Assembly: GCF_964355755.1 (NCBI RefSeq)
Contig: NC_092675.1
Location: 11,403,812 to 11,467,811, forward strand
Direction of reading: 5' to 3'
Source: Antedon mediterranea
Taxonomy: Eukaryota > Animalia > Echinodermata
Length of the DNA: 64,000 nucleotides
Shown here: positions 39,170 to 51,818 of the stretch, piece by piece
Position numbering within the stretch: position 1 is the stretch's first letter
How the letters are laid out: the number at the start of each line of letters is the position of its first letter
Notes under the pieces: generated by a model
What the model saw: only the letters and a program-made list of their open reading frames with translations
Database searches by the model: none
Told to the model about the DNA's origin: nothing
Program-made: the position numbers and the translations under genes

Positions 39170-39450
39170 CGCGCACAACATCATGTGAAAGATCGTAGGC
39201 GCGCCTAGCTTATCGAGGGTAGCCATAACAAGTAAATCCAGTGCACAACATCAAAGATCGTAGGCGCGCCTAGCCTATCGAGGGGTAGCCATAACAAGTA
39301 AATCGAGCGCACAACATCAAAGATCGTAGGCGCACCTAGCTAAGCTTATCGAGGGTGGGTAGCCATAACAAGTAAATCGAGCGCACAACATCAAAGATCG
39401 TAGGCGCGCCTAGCTAAGCTTATCGGGGGTGTAGCCAAACATAAGATCGT
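39170..39450. repeat. Subterminal tandem repeat of about 60-70 bp, 4 or more copies, in the hAT
   Basis: GCACAACATC(A)AAGATCGTAGGCGCGCCTAGC...GTAGCCATAACAAGTAAATC repeated. Confidence 0.9.
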
Positions 39451-39591
39451 TTATTATATATATTTTTATGACGCACTGTAACAGGTTGGGGAGCGCTATT
39501 TTAGGCGCTCCTTTGATCGTTTTCAGGAGCGCCAAGGAGCGTCAGCGCCATGGCGCTCCTTTTAAATCAAGGTCTGCATAATAAATAAAAA

Positions 39592-42500
39592 CTAAAAAAA
39601 ATCTAAAAAATCTAGATCCGAGAATAATGCCGTTCTGATGTCATCATAAATGGGGCAATATAGCATGAAGTGGATCTCATCTTCAATATCGCTGCCTTTA
39701 CAAAGAGTACACAATCTATTGTTTGCATCTGTTTTGGGGATTGTGTAGCGACCTCTCTCGATTTCGAGAGCATGCGCACTTACTCTTAGCTTGCTAAACT
39801 GACATCTTTTATTTCTTTTATATAATAACGTATAATTCTCTATACAGAAGGAATTTTTATATGTACAAAAGGATCGTAATTTAGGTTGATGGTTTTGTAT
39901 CATATTAAGCCGTTGGTTATCATACTTTTTTTGTATTTTCGATAAAATATTTAAGTTAAAATTAATGTTTACATTACAAGGCCTTTGCCAAATATGTGTT
40001 GCCTCGATAGATTCCAGAATACGTCGTATTCCAGAGGACCATGTAAAGCCTTTTTGGCGTGCGTACTGTGTGTCTAATTTTCTATTCTCCAAAAGGGCAT
40101 CAATAACCAGTGAATCGATCCCATTGTAACACATGTTATTTAATTTTAACCAGTATTTAATGGAAGAACATAGCAATGAAATTAGAATTGGATATGAGCC
40201 TAATTCTCCTCTAATAGCATGGTTGGATGCTTTTTTGTTTACTCCAAGAATATTTTTGCATATTTTAATATTAATCGATTCTCCAGAATATTTATCACAT
40301 TGATCGATAAAATTATTTTCATTTAAATTTCTTAATAAATAAGGAGCCCATACTTCACTTCCGTAACTCACAATAGGATTAATTAAACTTCTTGACAGTT
40401 GAAATGCCCTATTGACGGATGCGAACGACAAAGTATTTCTAATTCTGAAAAAACTTTTAAGGGCTTTGTCTTTTAATTTATTCCAGATGGGATGAACGTT
40501 ATACCAAGATAACTGTATTCATTTGCGATTTCTATGTTAACGGTCCCGAAATAAAATTTATAATTTAGAACTTTTCCACTCTTATTAAATATTATGATTT
40601 TTGTTTTATCAACATTAACGGTCAGTTTCCATTTAACACAATAATTGCATAATTTGTTTAAAGCATTTTGTAAACCAGTTTGACTCTCTGACATAATAAC
40701 CAGATCGTCAGCGTATAGTAGGCAATTAAATGATTTATCGTTGATACATACTGGATCACATGTCTCATCAAAAATGGCGGTTAAATCACTAATGAAAATG
40801 TTAAACAAAAGTGGGCTAAGAACGCATCCCTGCTTAACACCTACAGTAGATTCAAATGGTTTTGTAATCATTCCGTTCAATTTTAAACAAAATGATACAT
40901 CCGAATACATATGCTGTACAATATTCAAAAAATTACCATGGACACCAATTTTAAAGAGTTTAAAAAGTAACGCTTTTCGCCATACAGTATCAAATGCGGC
41001 AGAAAAATCGATGAAACAAACGAAAAGATACGACTTTTTACTAGCGCGGTTGATGTACTTATCAATAGTTGTTTTAAGGAATAAAATGTGGTCACTTGTT
41101 CGTGAACCCTTTTTAAAACCAATTTGGGTTTTTGTGATTAATTGATTTTCGTCAGTTAAGGTAGTAAGTCTATTGTGAAGAACAATGCAGAAAAGTTTAC
41201 ATAAGTTACTTCCTACTGCAATTCCTCTATAGTTTTTAGGTATCGATTTATCACCTTTTTTATGTATAACAGTGAGTGTACTCATCCGCCAAATTGATGG
41301 GAAAATACCCGATTTTAAAATATTGTTAAATAAAGAGGATATACACTTTATAAATGGATATTTTATGCTTAATTTTATCATTTCGTTTCTTATACCGTCA
41401 ATTCCAGCTGACTTGCCTTTCTTTAATTTGTTTGACGCTATAGCAATTTCTAGAGAAGTGATATCTTTATTAAGTTCGTTGACAACCTGGACATTGCTAT
41501 CAAGGTTAAAATTGTTAATAAAGTTTTCAAAGTATTTATTTTTATGAGGGATATGTTTATTCATTAATTTCGTAAAATGCTCTAACCAAATCTTTGGATT
41601 AACGGGATTATGTAGATTATTTGAGTTCTTTTCATTTAATTCGTTAAATACCTCCCATAGAGCTTTTGGGTTATTCTTTTCAAGATGATTTAACTTATCA
41701 AACAGTACATTTCTAAAATTGTTTTTCTTAATGTTCAGAAGTTTTTTATACTCTTTTTTTTAATTTATTGTATCTATGTATTTCTTTCATGTCATAATTA
41801 TGTGTCTTTAATTTTTTTGCAACGGACCTGATGTTACGATAAAGTGTATCACAATCTTTATCAAACCATTTTTTATTTTTATTTATCTTTTTATTTTTTC
41901 TATTTTTATTAGATTTTCTGTTCGTATTTTTAAGCCGCAGTCCGGCTTTATTTGCTATCGTGGTAAACACATTCTGAGTAGAGTATACACATTCATCGAT
42001 AGTAAAGTTTCCGCTTGTTAACTTATTTTGTAACGTTTCAATATCGGATTGGACTTCAAACAGACTTAGCGCATGTTTCCAACGGGTTTCGGAATTATCA
42101 CACCATTTGAATTGTCTAGGCAGTACATCAAGGATGCTTTCTTCATCACCATAATTCACATCAATACAATTTTCAATGTTAATGTTAATAACACATGATA
42201 TTATACAATGTATTGAAAAGGGTAATGGTGAGTGAACTTTAAAGAAAGATACAAGTTTAAGCATATTAATATCACATAGCATGTAATCAATGGAACTAGG
42301 CCTGCACCCTGGTTTAAAGCATGTGTATGACCCAGAGAGATCACCTAGTTTTCTACCGTTAATTATTCTTACTAGATGGTACGCTCGCTTCGCTCGCGTA
42401 CCATCTAGGTCGTGCCCACAGATGGTTCTCGAATACATAATAATTTCAGCGTTAAAAAACTGGCGATTTCAAATGTACGTACCGCAGGACAATAATACAT

Positions 42501-44112
42501 GTCGTTTACAGGAACGAATAAATAGATTTATGTACTGAACTAAAATTAGCACCCTGGGAATTACTTCCGAAAGAGAAACTTGTCACAAAATGAGACCAAT
42601 TGTTTAAGTCAAATTTAAACAAACTTAATTTGTGTTTTGTATGTAACATTAGGGTTGAGGGATGGGAAAGAGGATGGGTGCAAAGAGGAACAATTTTTAA
42701 ATATATTCTTTATCCATGTAGGAACGAAATATTAATTGTTTTCATGTTTTACAAATAATATACTACTAAACACAGTAAAACATTGCGATGTTTGTTGAAA
42801 CTATCACCGTCCTAGTCGATTGAAATAGTATAGTACATGTAACGATACATCACTACGACGTGTATAATATGTTTAAATAATGTAAAACAATTTGTGAAAA
42901 CCACCCCTATTCGTGGAAAATCATAAATTCGATTTAATCGTCAATAAATATTAAATCATCTAACTCAACTTAATTAGTAGGCCTAATGGTTTTCAATTGT
43001 TTCTTAGAGCCAATTCATACTTAAGTTGGTTCCTAACCCTACCCACCAAAGTTGTTCTGCGTTTAGGGCATGTGATGCACCGTAGGGCTATCCTCTACTG
43101 GCTTTACAACGCTACTCATGCCAGTGAGGGAAGGGTGATGATGTCACGTGGGTGGTTTAACTGCAATAATAAAGATTTGTACATAATATACGGCGACTGA
43201 AAACGCTAGCTCATTATCCGTTAAAAAAAATCTATATCCAACCTCTGCAGCACAGATTAAAACAAAATGGATCGAATTTCTGTTATGAGTATACAGTACC
43301 TGCCTTTACGACGCCTGAGGGAATAGACACTTGTGGAACAGAGATTGGAATGTTCCATTCATTTCAAATCAATACATTTGCATAAACGTATATTAAATCT
43401 ATCAAAATAGTATTTTTTTAAGAAAATCGGCCTGTCTTCAACATTATGATACTGTACTCGAGCTGTTCAACCGGTTTTCAGCTATTAAAAACAATTATCG
43501 TAGGAGGAGATAGGAAAATGCGAAGGCTCCTCGCATTTTTGTGGCGGGTATTTTTCAAGACGGACATCCATTAGACAGTGTATACCACGATCGGAAAACA
43601 CCCCTATTTGGGGCAAATCGTTGAACCTAAATTCGTTTTAATCGTCAATAACTAATTATCTAACTTAATTTAATTAGTAAACAGGGTTACATCAGGTGGT
43701 TAAAATCAGTACCGAAAGTACGAACCAACTTTATATACCATCGAGTAAAAATTCTAAAAGTAAGGCGCGATTCACCGAATTTTGCCCTTACGTAAATTTA
43801 TATATAGAAACCACTATTCTTACATAGTTCAATAATACATTTTCCATGTATATCAGGTTGCTTGATATCTAGATTTCTTCTTATCAATGATTCATCATTT
43901 ATATAGTCAAGAGGGAGACTTATATAATTATTTGAATTATCAATACAATTTTCAATGTTAATGTTAATAACACATGATATTATAAAATGTATTGAAAAGG
44001 GTAATGGTGAGTGAACTTTAAAGAAAGATACAAGTTTAAGCATATTAATATCACATAGCATGTAATCAATGGAACTAGGCCTGCACCATGAATGATTAAG
44101 TGACTTATTCAT
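39592..44112 (-). pseudogene. LINE ORF2 (partial endonuclease, RT, C-terminal Cys/His motif), fragmented
   Basis: ORF pieces 43809-44112, 41746-42371, 40473-41564 and 39592-40431 are collinear, separated by frameshifts and the Helitron. Confidence 0.88.
42372..43808 (-). mobile_element. Non-autonomous Helitron
   Basis: Minus strand runs 5'-TCTATATA ... CTAGATGGTACGCGAGCGAAGCGAGCGTACCATCTAG-3' (terminal hairpin plus CTAG), with no TSD. Excision restores the LINE frame CKNSG-L-RIINGRK. Confidence 0.88.
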
Positions 44113-44139
44113 AATAATGTATTAATATAGTAGATGATA

Positions 44140-45447
44140 TTAAGTGCTTAATAATGCTAGCGATGATTGGAGCGACAATATCTCCTTTCTATTCCCAGGA
44201 TGCTTCAACGCGCGTCTCACATTACTTGCAAATAAACTGGTTCCTTCTGTGGATAGATGCACACCGTCTACTGCCAATACTTTATGTACGATTTCACCGT
44301 TCCTTAAAAAGTTTCCATGATCGAGGAAAAATACATTGGGCATCGGTGCGAGTCTCAGCAGGTGTTTAATATGTGTATTGACGAGTTCGGTGTCAAAGTT
44401 TAGGGGACCACGACAGGGTAACCCTAGCGAAATCACGAAGGAAGTATTTTTTAATTTGGCTGCATATCTTGTTGCGAGATCCACCATCGATGTGGCGATG
44501 TCTGCAGCAGGCATGTTCTTCAGAGAGTTCGTTATTTCATGAAGGACCACGCAGCTTGGTGCATCGTTCGATTCAAGCGTTTCCCTCATTTCTGGAATGG
44601 AGAAGGCATGTTCAATTTTTACCTCTGCTTGTGGCACAAGTCGCATGTTGTCCACCTTCCTAAGATGCGAATTCCCGATTACCAAAACTGTATTGGTTCT
44701 GTTCAGATCAGGTTGTTTCTGTTGTTGGGAGTTGCTCGAGATGATTTTTGAAGGAGATTTACTTTTATTTCCTATGGGTACGAAACCTGAAGTGTCAACT
44801 GCAGTTGCTAGCTGGATTCTTTTCGCCTCGTACGCTTCATCTTTGGTTTTATTAATTTCTAACTGTGCACTAGATACCTGTTCCTGTAGAGAAGTCACCT
44901 GTTTTTCTTTTTCTAAGATGATATAGTTGTTATGTTTCAGGGACTCCAAATCTGTACTAAGAAGCTTGTTTTGTTTTTCACAATCTTTTAGTTTCTGGGT
45001 CAGCTTGTCTATATCAGTTTTCAGCTTAGTACCGTAGTCATCCTTCTTTGGTATATTTTTCTTCAATTCTTTTTTTAGTGATTCAATTTCGATTTTGAGT
45101 TGTTTATTCTCCTTGATTAGTGACTCTTTGTCGTTTTGAATTATATCTTTATCTTTATTAATTAGTTTTAATTTTAGGTCGAAGTTTTCTTTCATTGTGT
45201 CGCATAATCGCTCAACAAGTGACTTTTCCAGATCCCTGATTGCTTGTTGACACGATAGATGAAATTCCGGCGTTTTAACAGTGTTATTTATATCCTCACT
45301 GTTTCGATCTGGAGTTTCATTTCCAATGTCGTCATCATCATCATTGGCGCGATTTTGTATTGATTTCTTCCCCTTTGGCACCATAGTATTACTGAGTAAA
45401 AATATAATGTTATTTTCTATACAAACTAGAAAATGTACAAAAATCAA
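44140..45447 (-). CDS. LINE ORF1 protein: coiled coil plus SGNH/GDSL esterase-like domain
   Basis: 435-aa ORF with a K/E/L heptad-rich middle and VLVIGNSHLR, VVLHEITNSL and DGVHLSTEG blocks. Confidence 0.8.
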   Translation of the reverse strand: MIFVHFLVCIENNIIFLLSNTMVPKGKKSIQNRANDDDDDIGNETPDRNSEDINNTVKTPEFHLSCQQAIRDLEKSLVERLCDTMKENFDLKLKLINKDKDIIQNDKESLIKENKQLKIEIESLKKELKKNIPKKDDYGTKLKTDIDKLTQKLKDCEKQNKLLSTDLESLKHNNYIILEKEKQVTSLQEQVSSAQLEINKTKDEAYEAKRIQLATAVDTSGFVPIGNKSKSPSKIISSNSQQQKQPDLNRTNTVLVIGNSHLRKVDNMRLVPQAEVKIEHAFSIPEMRETLESNDAPSCVVLHEITNSLKNMPAADIATSMVDLATRYAAKLKNTSFVISLGLPCRGPLNFDTELVNTHIKHLLRLAPMPNVFFLDHGNFLRNGEIVHKVLAVDGVHLSTEGTSLFASNVRRALKHPGNRKEILSLQSSLALLST

Positions 45448-46099
45448 TCATTCTTTACTCACATTTCCATTGGTATTGCAATGTGGTACCGTATACTTTT
45501 CGATAATGCCAGATAGAAAATTTGAACTTGATAGCAATGTTGTTTATGGTTCCCAAATTACAGTTGACCGTTAGCAACAAGTAGGCCGGGTAGCGTCCTT
45601 GACAACGGACGTCTTAACAACAATGGTGAACGGTTTCCTACCGGTAGCGTCCTTAGCAACTGAGACGGTGATCAAAGCTGTTATGCCTAGCTCAGGTAGA
45701 AGTTGATAACTTATCAAAATTGAAATTGTACTTCCTACAGATTTGCTGACCATGATCCGTAATTGTAAATCAAGTGTAGATTACAATAAAAGTGACTAAA
45801 ATTTCACAGAAAACAGCTTTTTTCTGCTGACTATTGAGCACAATTTTTTAAACGTATTCCATTGTCATACGCCCTCAAAGGCATCGAGGATTGGGGATGG
45901 AAGATCAGATGATGGAAACATGGTTCCTCTACACACAGACTTTAAAGCCAGAACCTGAGTATCTCCTTGAAGCACTCAGGGTAACTAGAACTACATGTGG
46001 TGAATGCAATGACATTGAACTGTACTAATACCCGAACAAGAAAGTGATACTGATGACATATAAGTTGTGAGTCCTTTTCTATTTGAAGGATTAAACAAT

Positions 46100-46925
46100 A
46101 TCATCCCACACGGAGCAATTGAAATAAAAAGGTCTGGATTTAAATGATCTTACAAAATATACAAAAATATCACAATATACAGTACAATATAACAAGAGTC
46201 AAAGTTCAAGAATTTAAGAGTCAGATGGCAACTGGCAAAAACGAATTTCTTTTCCAGTTTGTTCTACATGCCGGGCATTGAAAGCGACGCCCATGAGGCA
46301 TGAGCTCGAAATCACTGAACAAGGCATGGAAGATAAGCTACGAAGTTGACAACCTATTAATTTAGAACTTAAGTTAACAATTCTTTGTAGTGAGTTTCTC
46401 TCTTTGACCCTAAGACTAAAAAACCAGCATTTAAAGGAAAAAAGTTAAAACGTTCTAAATAAAGGAATTATAAAAAAACCATGAGAATTACTTTATCGAC
46501 ATTAAAATGGTTCAGCTTTCTTAACAGATAAAGTCTCTGGTGTCCTTTCTTTACTATTGCCTCTGTATTTAATTCCCAGCTGAGATTGTCCTCAAATATA
46601 GTACCTAGGTATTTAAAAGAATGGACAATATCGCTGGTTCGTCATTTGTGGGGGATACCAGAGGGCTGCGTCCTTTCTCCTTCCTAAAATCTACAATAAT
46701 CTCCTTGGTTTTGGTCACATTGAGTTCCAAGTAGGAGTTTCCACAAAATTGGATAAAACCATCTAATGCGGAACCATGACCGTCCTGTGAATTTTGAAGG
46801 AGAGACAACAAGACAGTGTCGCCAACAAATTTGAAAAGATGACTATTGTCCTGTTTGCTCCGACAGTCATCCGTGTATATAATATACAGGAGAGGAGAGA
46901 AGACGCAACCCTGCGAAGATCAAAT
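46100..46925 (-). pseudogene. Decayed Rex1/L2-like LINE 3' fragment
   Basis: YLELNVTKTKEIIVDFRK and ELMPHGRRFQCPACRTNWKRNSF on the minus strand. Confidence 0.7.
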
Positions 46926-48668
46926 ACTTCTCATTACGTAAATTCGTTGATACTAAAATTATCAAAAATCTATCTATATAAATCATGAGTTGATTCCAAA
47001 TTATCAAGACTCATTAATTAATCAACAATAGTACATACCGCTAATGAATTTCAATTTTCTTCTAGCTAGCATAATTTATCCTATTTCATGACGATACAAT
47101 AGGTACAAGAAAAACATTATTTGCACCAAATACTTCCAAAATATAAATATAATATATATAAACATAATTTAGTTTTACGCTATTTTAAGGAAATTTGAGT
47201 TTTTGTAAAAGGTCAATGACCTTTTGACCTCTAGTTACGTATAACTGTTGTATTAATTGTTTTTTTAATGTATATCATTAGTAGGATATATATACTCTAC
47301 ACATTGGTACTAAAGCTATTTAGATATGATTATAAAACAATGGATTATAGGCATAAACGCTACCCCCACCCCAAAATTGTTTACATTACATTTGATCAAG
47401 AATCAATTTCAATAAGAATAGTACATCATTACTTTTGAAATTCTTCTAGTTAACATCATGTTTCCTATTTTATATATCGATACAGGTACAGATAAAACAC
47501 AATTTTGATTAAATGCATATACAATTATGGCACAATATTACAGTTAATCATTTAATCATCAGGAAAAAAAATGAGTTTTTGTAAAAGGTCAATAACCTTT
47601 TGACCTCTAGTTATATAAATAAATGTTGTATTTTGTTTTTTTAAATTGCATATTAGAAAGAAATATATATTCTACACATTGATATCAAGATTATTGAGAT
47701 TGGATTATAAAACCACAAGTTATGGGCATAAATGTTACCACCTACCCCAAAATATTTATGGAATAAAATCACTATATAGTTGTTGAGATTACATAAAAAA
47801 TAATGTGTTCCAATGCTTCAATTTTCGGTGACTTTTAATATGTCATTATAAACTACATTTGGAATGAAAAAATTAATGTTTTGTTACTATTGCAATTTGT
47901 GGTGGGTTTACCTCTAAATATCACTAGATTGACTGGACTAAATGATGAATCCTTAATCAGTATGTTCAAAAGTATGTTTGGTGTGAATTTCGTTGATGTA
48001 CTCAAAATGCTATTTAAATGTCTAATTAGCACTAATTAAGGGCGTTCTTAAGTTTAGCACAGGAATGGTCATTTAAGAATTACAGATTTTGATTCCTGAT
48101 AGGTCGGAGAACATTTTAAAATTGGTTTGGTAGATGTACTTAAAATATTAATTAAAATTGAATTTTTTACTATTTATTTATTTATAATTTATTGCTTATT
48201 AAAGTTTGAGTTTTTAATATGGTAGGTAAAATGTTGAATTTTACTAGTTTTGATGCATAAGCTAGGCCAGATATAGGTCATATTAATCGGCAAAATGTCG
48301 CTGCTATAGGCGGCTAAGAACAACTGCACACGGCCGCTACCTCTGAACTTACAATATATTATCAGCAAAATATTCAACGGTAGTAACGTAGTGAAATAAA
48401 GCAAGATGATCAACTCTAAATTATGTAAAAACGAAATTTATTGGGATGTACGAAAAAGCGGTGTTAAATCAATGCGTTAGAATAGGACAAGATGGCCGAC
48501 CAAACTTTGTTTGTACCCGGCGCAGTCGGTAGCCAGGAAACGTGACGTCACACTTTTTCTCCCTATTGGAGTATACAGGAAGTTGTACGGAACTACGTTT
48601 GTTGTGGTGCCCTTATCAGCTGGGCCCTTAATTGGATTTAGATTAATTGCCTATATTAAGATTCTTAA

Positions 48669-49272
48669 AGCTCAGGTACAGGCATGAATTTTAAATATAA
48701 TATCTGGTTAATTGTACATAAATCAAATATTTGTAACAGAAATCAAGACGAAAAACCTTGAATTTTCCCTAATATGGTCAAATACAAAATTTTGCAAAAT
48801 TCTGCCAAAAAAACCAAGAAGACTTTTTTTCTGTAGTTAGGTAGTTAACATAATGAAGTAACATGTCTGGTGACTCCCTAGAAGGTGAAAAAAGATGGTG
48901 GATATACGGTGGATAATTTTTGCTATAGCATGAAAATAAAATTCTGAAGTTGAATAAAAATACAAGAAATGTAAAATTGTTATATGTTATTGTTATAAAA
49001 AAGTTATATTACCTATATTTAGTCATCTTATAACATTTTTTACCACACCGTTTATTTTTCATAGCTTTTTAAAATGCCTCTCTATTTTCAACAGTTGTGT
49101 ACAAAAGAATAGAGATTTTACTGTGTAATTTGAACTAATATGAAAGTGCTAATTTTCAACAAGCTCCTGTAACACAAATAAAATCCCAAAAATTATGAAA
49201 CATAGGGGAAACTAAAGATCGATAATTATTGGAATGTATGATCAATAGAAATGTTTTGCCCGCACCTGGCCT
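48669..49272. mobile_element. Diverged Kolobok-like MITE (TTAA TSD)
   Basis: TTAA|AGCTCAGGTACAGGCA ... TGCCCGCACCTGGCCT|TTAA, with an imperfect TIR. Confidence 0.55.
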
Positions 49273-49970
49273 TTAAACAAACACCCTTATCAGTAGGGCA
49301 TGATAAAAAAGTGGTCAAGATTTCCCGAGGAGCTGTACACGTAATGTTCCAGAGATATCTCAGTCTAAAATTTTGGCTGTTACAATCAGTGTTTTGAGAA
49401 AAATGCTTTTAAAATTAAGTAAAAGGAAATGACAAATACAAAAAAAGTTTAGGCCTTAGTAAAAGGGTATCGTAATTAATTGTTTTATATCAATGGAATT
49501 TCGCAACTTCGTTAATTAACTATTGTTCTATTATTATGCAAAATTTTCATTAAAAACAACTCACTGCAACACTTTCAATTTAAGCATAAAACATGAAAAA
49601 ATCATACATCAGGGCTCGAAATTTCCTTTTTTCGACTAGCAAACTTTGCTAATGGTAAAAAAATTAACTAGCAAAATCAACAGCATAACTAGCAATCACA
49701 ATTTTGTTTGGTAAAATAATTAAATTCTACAAAAATCTGAATATATTTAGATGTAGGAGGCCTAGCTAGCCATCTAGGCCAAGCTAGTAGTAATACCTTT
49801 TTTACTCAACAGTCGAACGCCTTTTTAGCCAAATTAAAAAAAACTAAGAGCAAGACATGCTTTCATGCTAGCCAAATCAAGGTCGTTTCGGCCTACAGTA
49901 TGGACGATTCACCCCGAGACGTTTCGGCCCACTTTTTTTTAGGTTGTAACAAAATAACTAGGCTTGCTGC

Positions 49971-51818
49971 CAGCGGTGGCGCCAGGATCTTCCCGACGCG
50001 GGGGCTACATTCCCCGACGAGGGGGCTATGCGAGCGAAGCGAGCATCACTAGGCTGGGGGCCAGGGGGCCGCCAAGGGTGGGGGGTCCAGGGGGCGAAGC
50101 CCCCCTTAAGCAACGCGTTCTAGCGTCATTTGAGGTCATTTTAATCAGATTTAGGGTAGCCTTTTATAATGCATAAATAAAATCCTACGTGCAAAACAAC
50201 GATGCGCGATGATGTTTCAATCCATATTTTTCAATTTATAAAATAAAAGTTCAAAGAAAATTTAGAAAAATAGAGTTGGAGGTCCCGGAAATTGGACTTA
50301 TTATACTTCAAAACATGAAACAAAATATGTAAGTCCCTATCATGGTTGTGACTGAGCTAAGAAATATTTGAAAAATAGAGATGTTAGGTCCCGGAAAATG
50401 CACTTCTTGTACTTCGAAATATGACCAGCTTTATTGTTGGGGCTGAGCTAAGAAAATGTTTAAAACTAGAGCTGCAGGTCTTCAAAAAATTGCATTTTAT
50501 ACTTTGGAAACATCAGGCCTAGAGGCTTAAAAAACGCAAACGTAGACCTTTTTCAGTCGGGGAAATAAGTTTATTCCTCCCAAGTGTATGTGTGCGTACC
50601 ATCTGGACTTCCGAGTGGTGAGAAATTCATGACATACATGACATTGAAAATTTAATAACTTAGCTATAATAAGATGTTGGCTAAGCGAAAATGGCATGTA
50701 TTTTTGTTTAGTAATGGATGAAATATTTATTTTAGAAGGTTACTTGTAAATTAAAAAATTGGTGAACATACGAACAATTAACATAATTCGTTTTGCTGTA
50801 GTGTAGCGTACGTCGACACAGTACACGACGTAAAATAACTACATTACACATTTTGGTCCCTGGATGGAACATGATATCACGCGTCTGGACCGAACGTTGA
50901 CTGATTCGTACAAAGGGATACCGCCAGACAAGTGCGTACCTAGCTATTGTTTAGTAGTAAGTTAGATTGCTGGCAATAATGAATGCATATAAAGTGCATA
51001 ATATCACTCTGACATACTCTCACGGTCAATGGAACGTCGCGGTTTTCTAGGCGTTGAAGCTACGAAGTGAACGCGAACGCTTTTTACTGTATATTATATT
51101 CCCCGACAAAAAGTACCCGTGTTCCCTTCGGTAACCGTCGGTAAACTTCGCCTGGAAAATAACTACATTACACATTTTGGTCCCTGGATGGAACTTGATG
51201 TCACGCGTCTCGACTGAACGTTGAACGATTCGTACAAAGGGATACCGCCAGAGACAAGTGCGTACCTAGCTAATGTTTAGTAGTAAGTTAGATCGCTGAC
51301 AATAATGAATGCATATAAATTGCATAATAGCACTCTGACGTACTCTCACGGTCAATGAAACCAGGGAGTTGTAAAAACTCCCTGATGAAACGTCGCTGTT
51401 TTCTAGGCGCTGAAGCTACCAAGTGAACGCGAACGTTTTTTACTGTATATATATTCCCCGACAAAAAGTACCCGTGTTCCCTTCGGTAACCGTCGGTAAA
51501 CTTCGCCTGGAAAATAACTACATTACACATTTTGGTCCCTGGATGGAACATGATATCAGGCGTCTCGACCCAACGGTGAACGATTCGTACAAAGGGATAC
51601 CGCCAAACAAGTGCGTACTAGCTATTGTTTAGTAGTTAGATCGCTGGAAATAATGAATGCATAAAAGTGCATAATAGCCCTGACGTACTGTCACGGTCAA
51701 TGGAACGTCGTGGTTTTCTAGGCGCTGAAGCTATATAAAGTGAACGCGAACGTTTTTTACTGTATATTATATTCCCCGACAAAAAGTACCCGTGTTCTCC
51801 GACGGGGCGCCACCACTG
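49971..51818. mobile_element. Non-autonomous hAT element with an 8-bp TSD and internal tandem repeat
   Basis: CTTGCTGC|CAGCGGTGGCGCC ... GGCGCCACCACTG|CTTGCTGC. Confidence 0.88.
50832..51797. repeat. Tandem repeat of about 325-355 bp, about 3 copies
   Basis: AAAATAACTACATTACACATTTTGGTCCCTGGATGGAAC at about 50832, 51156 and 51511. Confidence 0.92.

Larger units (their letters stand above)
34886..39576 (-). mobile_element. hAT-superfamily DNA transposon with a 6-bp TSD
   Basis: CATAAT|CAGACCTTGATTTA ... TAAATCAAGGTCTG|CATAAT. An extra internal terminus lies at 35153. Confidence 0.85.
34646..45865 (-). mobile_element. RTE-X-like non-LTR retrotransposon, near full length, interrupted by a hAT and a Helitron
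   Basis: ORF1 has an SGNH-like domain. ORF2 pieces carry NYRGIAVGSNLCKLF, GVKQGCVLSPLLFNIFI, LLYADDLV and RLCTLC...EDEIHFMLYCPIY. The C-terminus resumes left of the hAT (MGANDPDIKPVMKYVCSAFERR) and AATAAA lies near 34660. Ends are approximate and the clade is inferred. Confidence 0.8.
25782..47940 (+). mobile_element. Academ(X)-type element A (outer), carrying nested insertions
   Basis: AAT|TAGTCCAGTCAATCTA ... TAGATTGACTGGACTA|AAT. The left TIR is split at 25825/32714 by element B. A degraded coding remnant lies at about 33100-34640 and 45870-46060. Confidence 0.85.

Noticed and set aside
42372-42438. N-terminus MYSRTICGHDLDGTRAKRAYHL of the 230-aa ORF
   Set aside because: It derives from the Helitron 3' hairpin fused to LINE ORF2.
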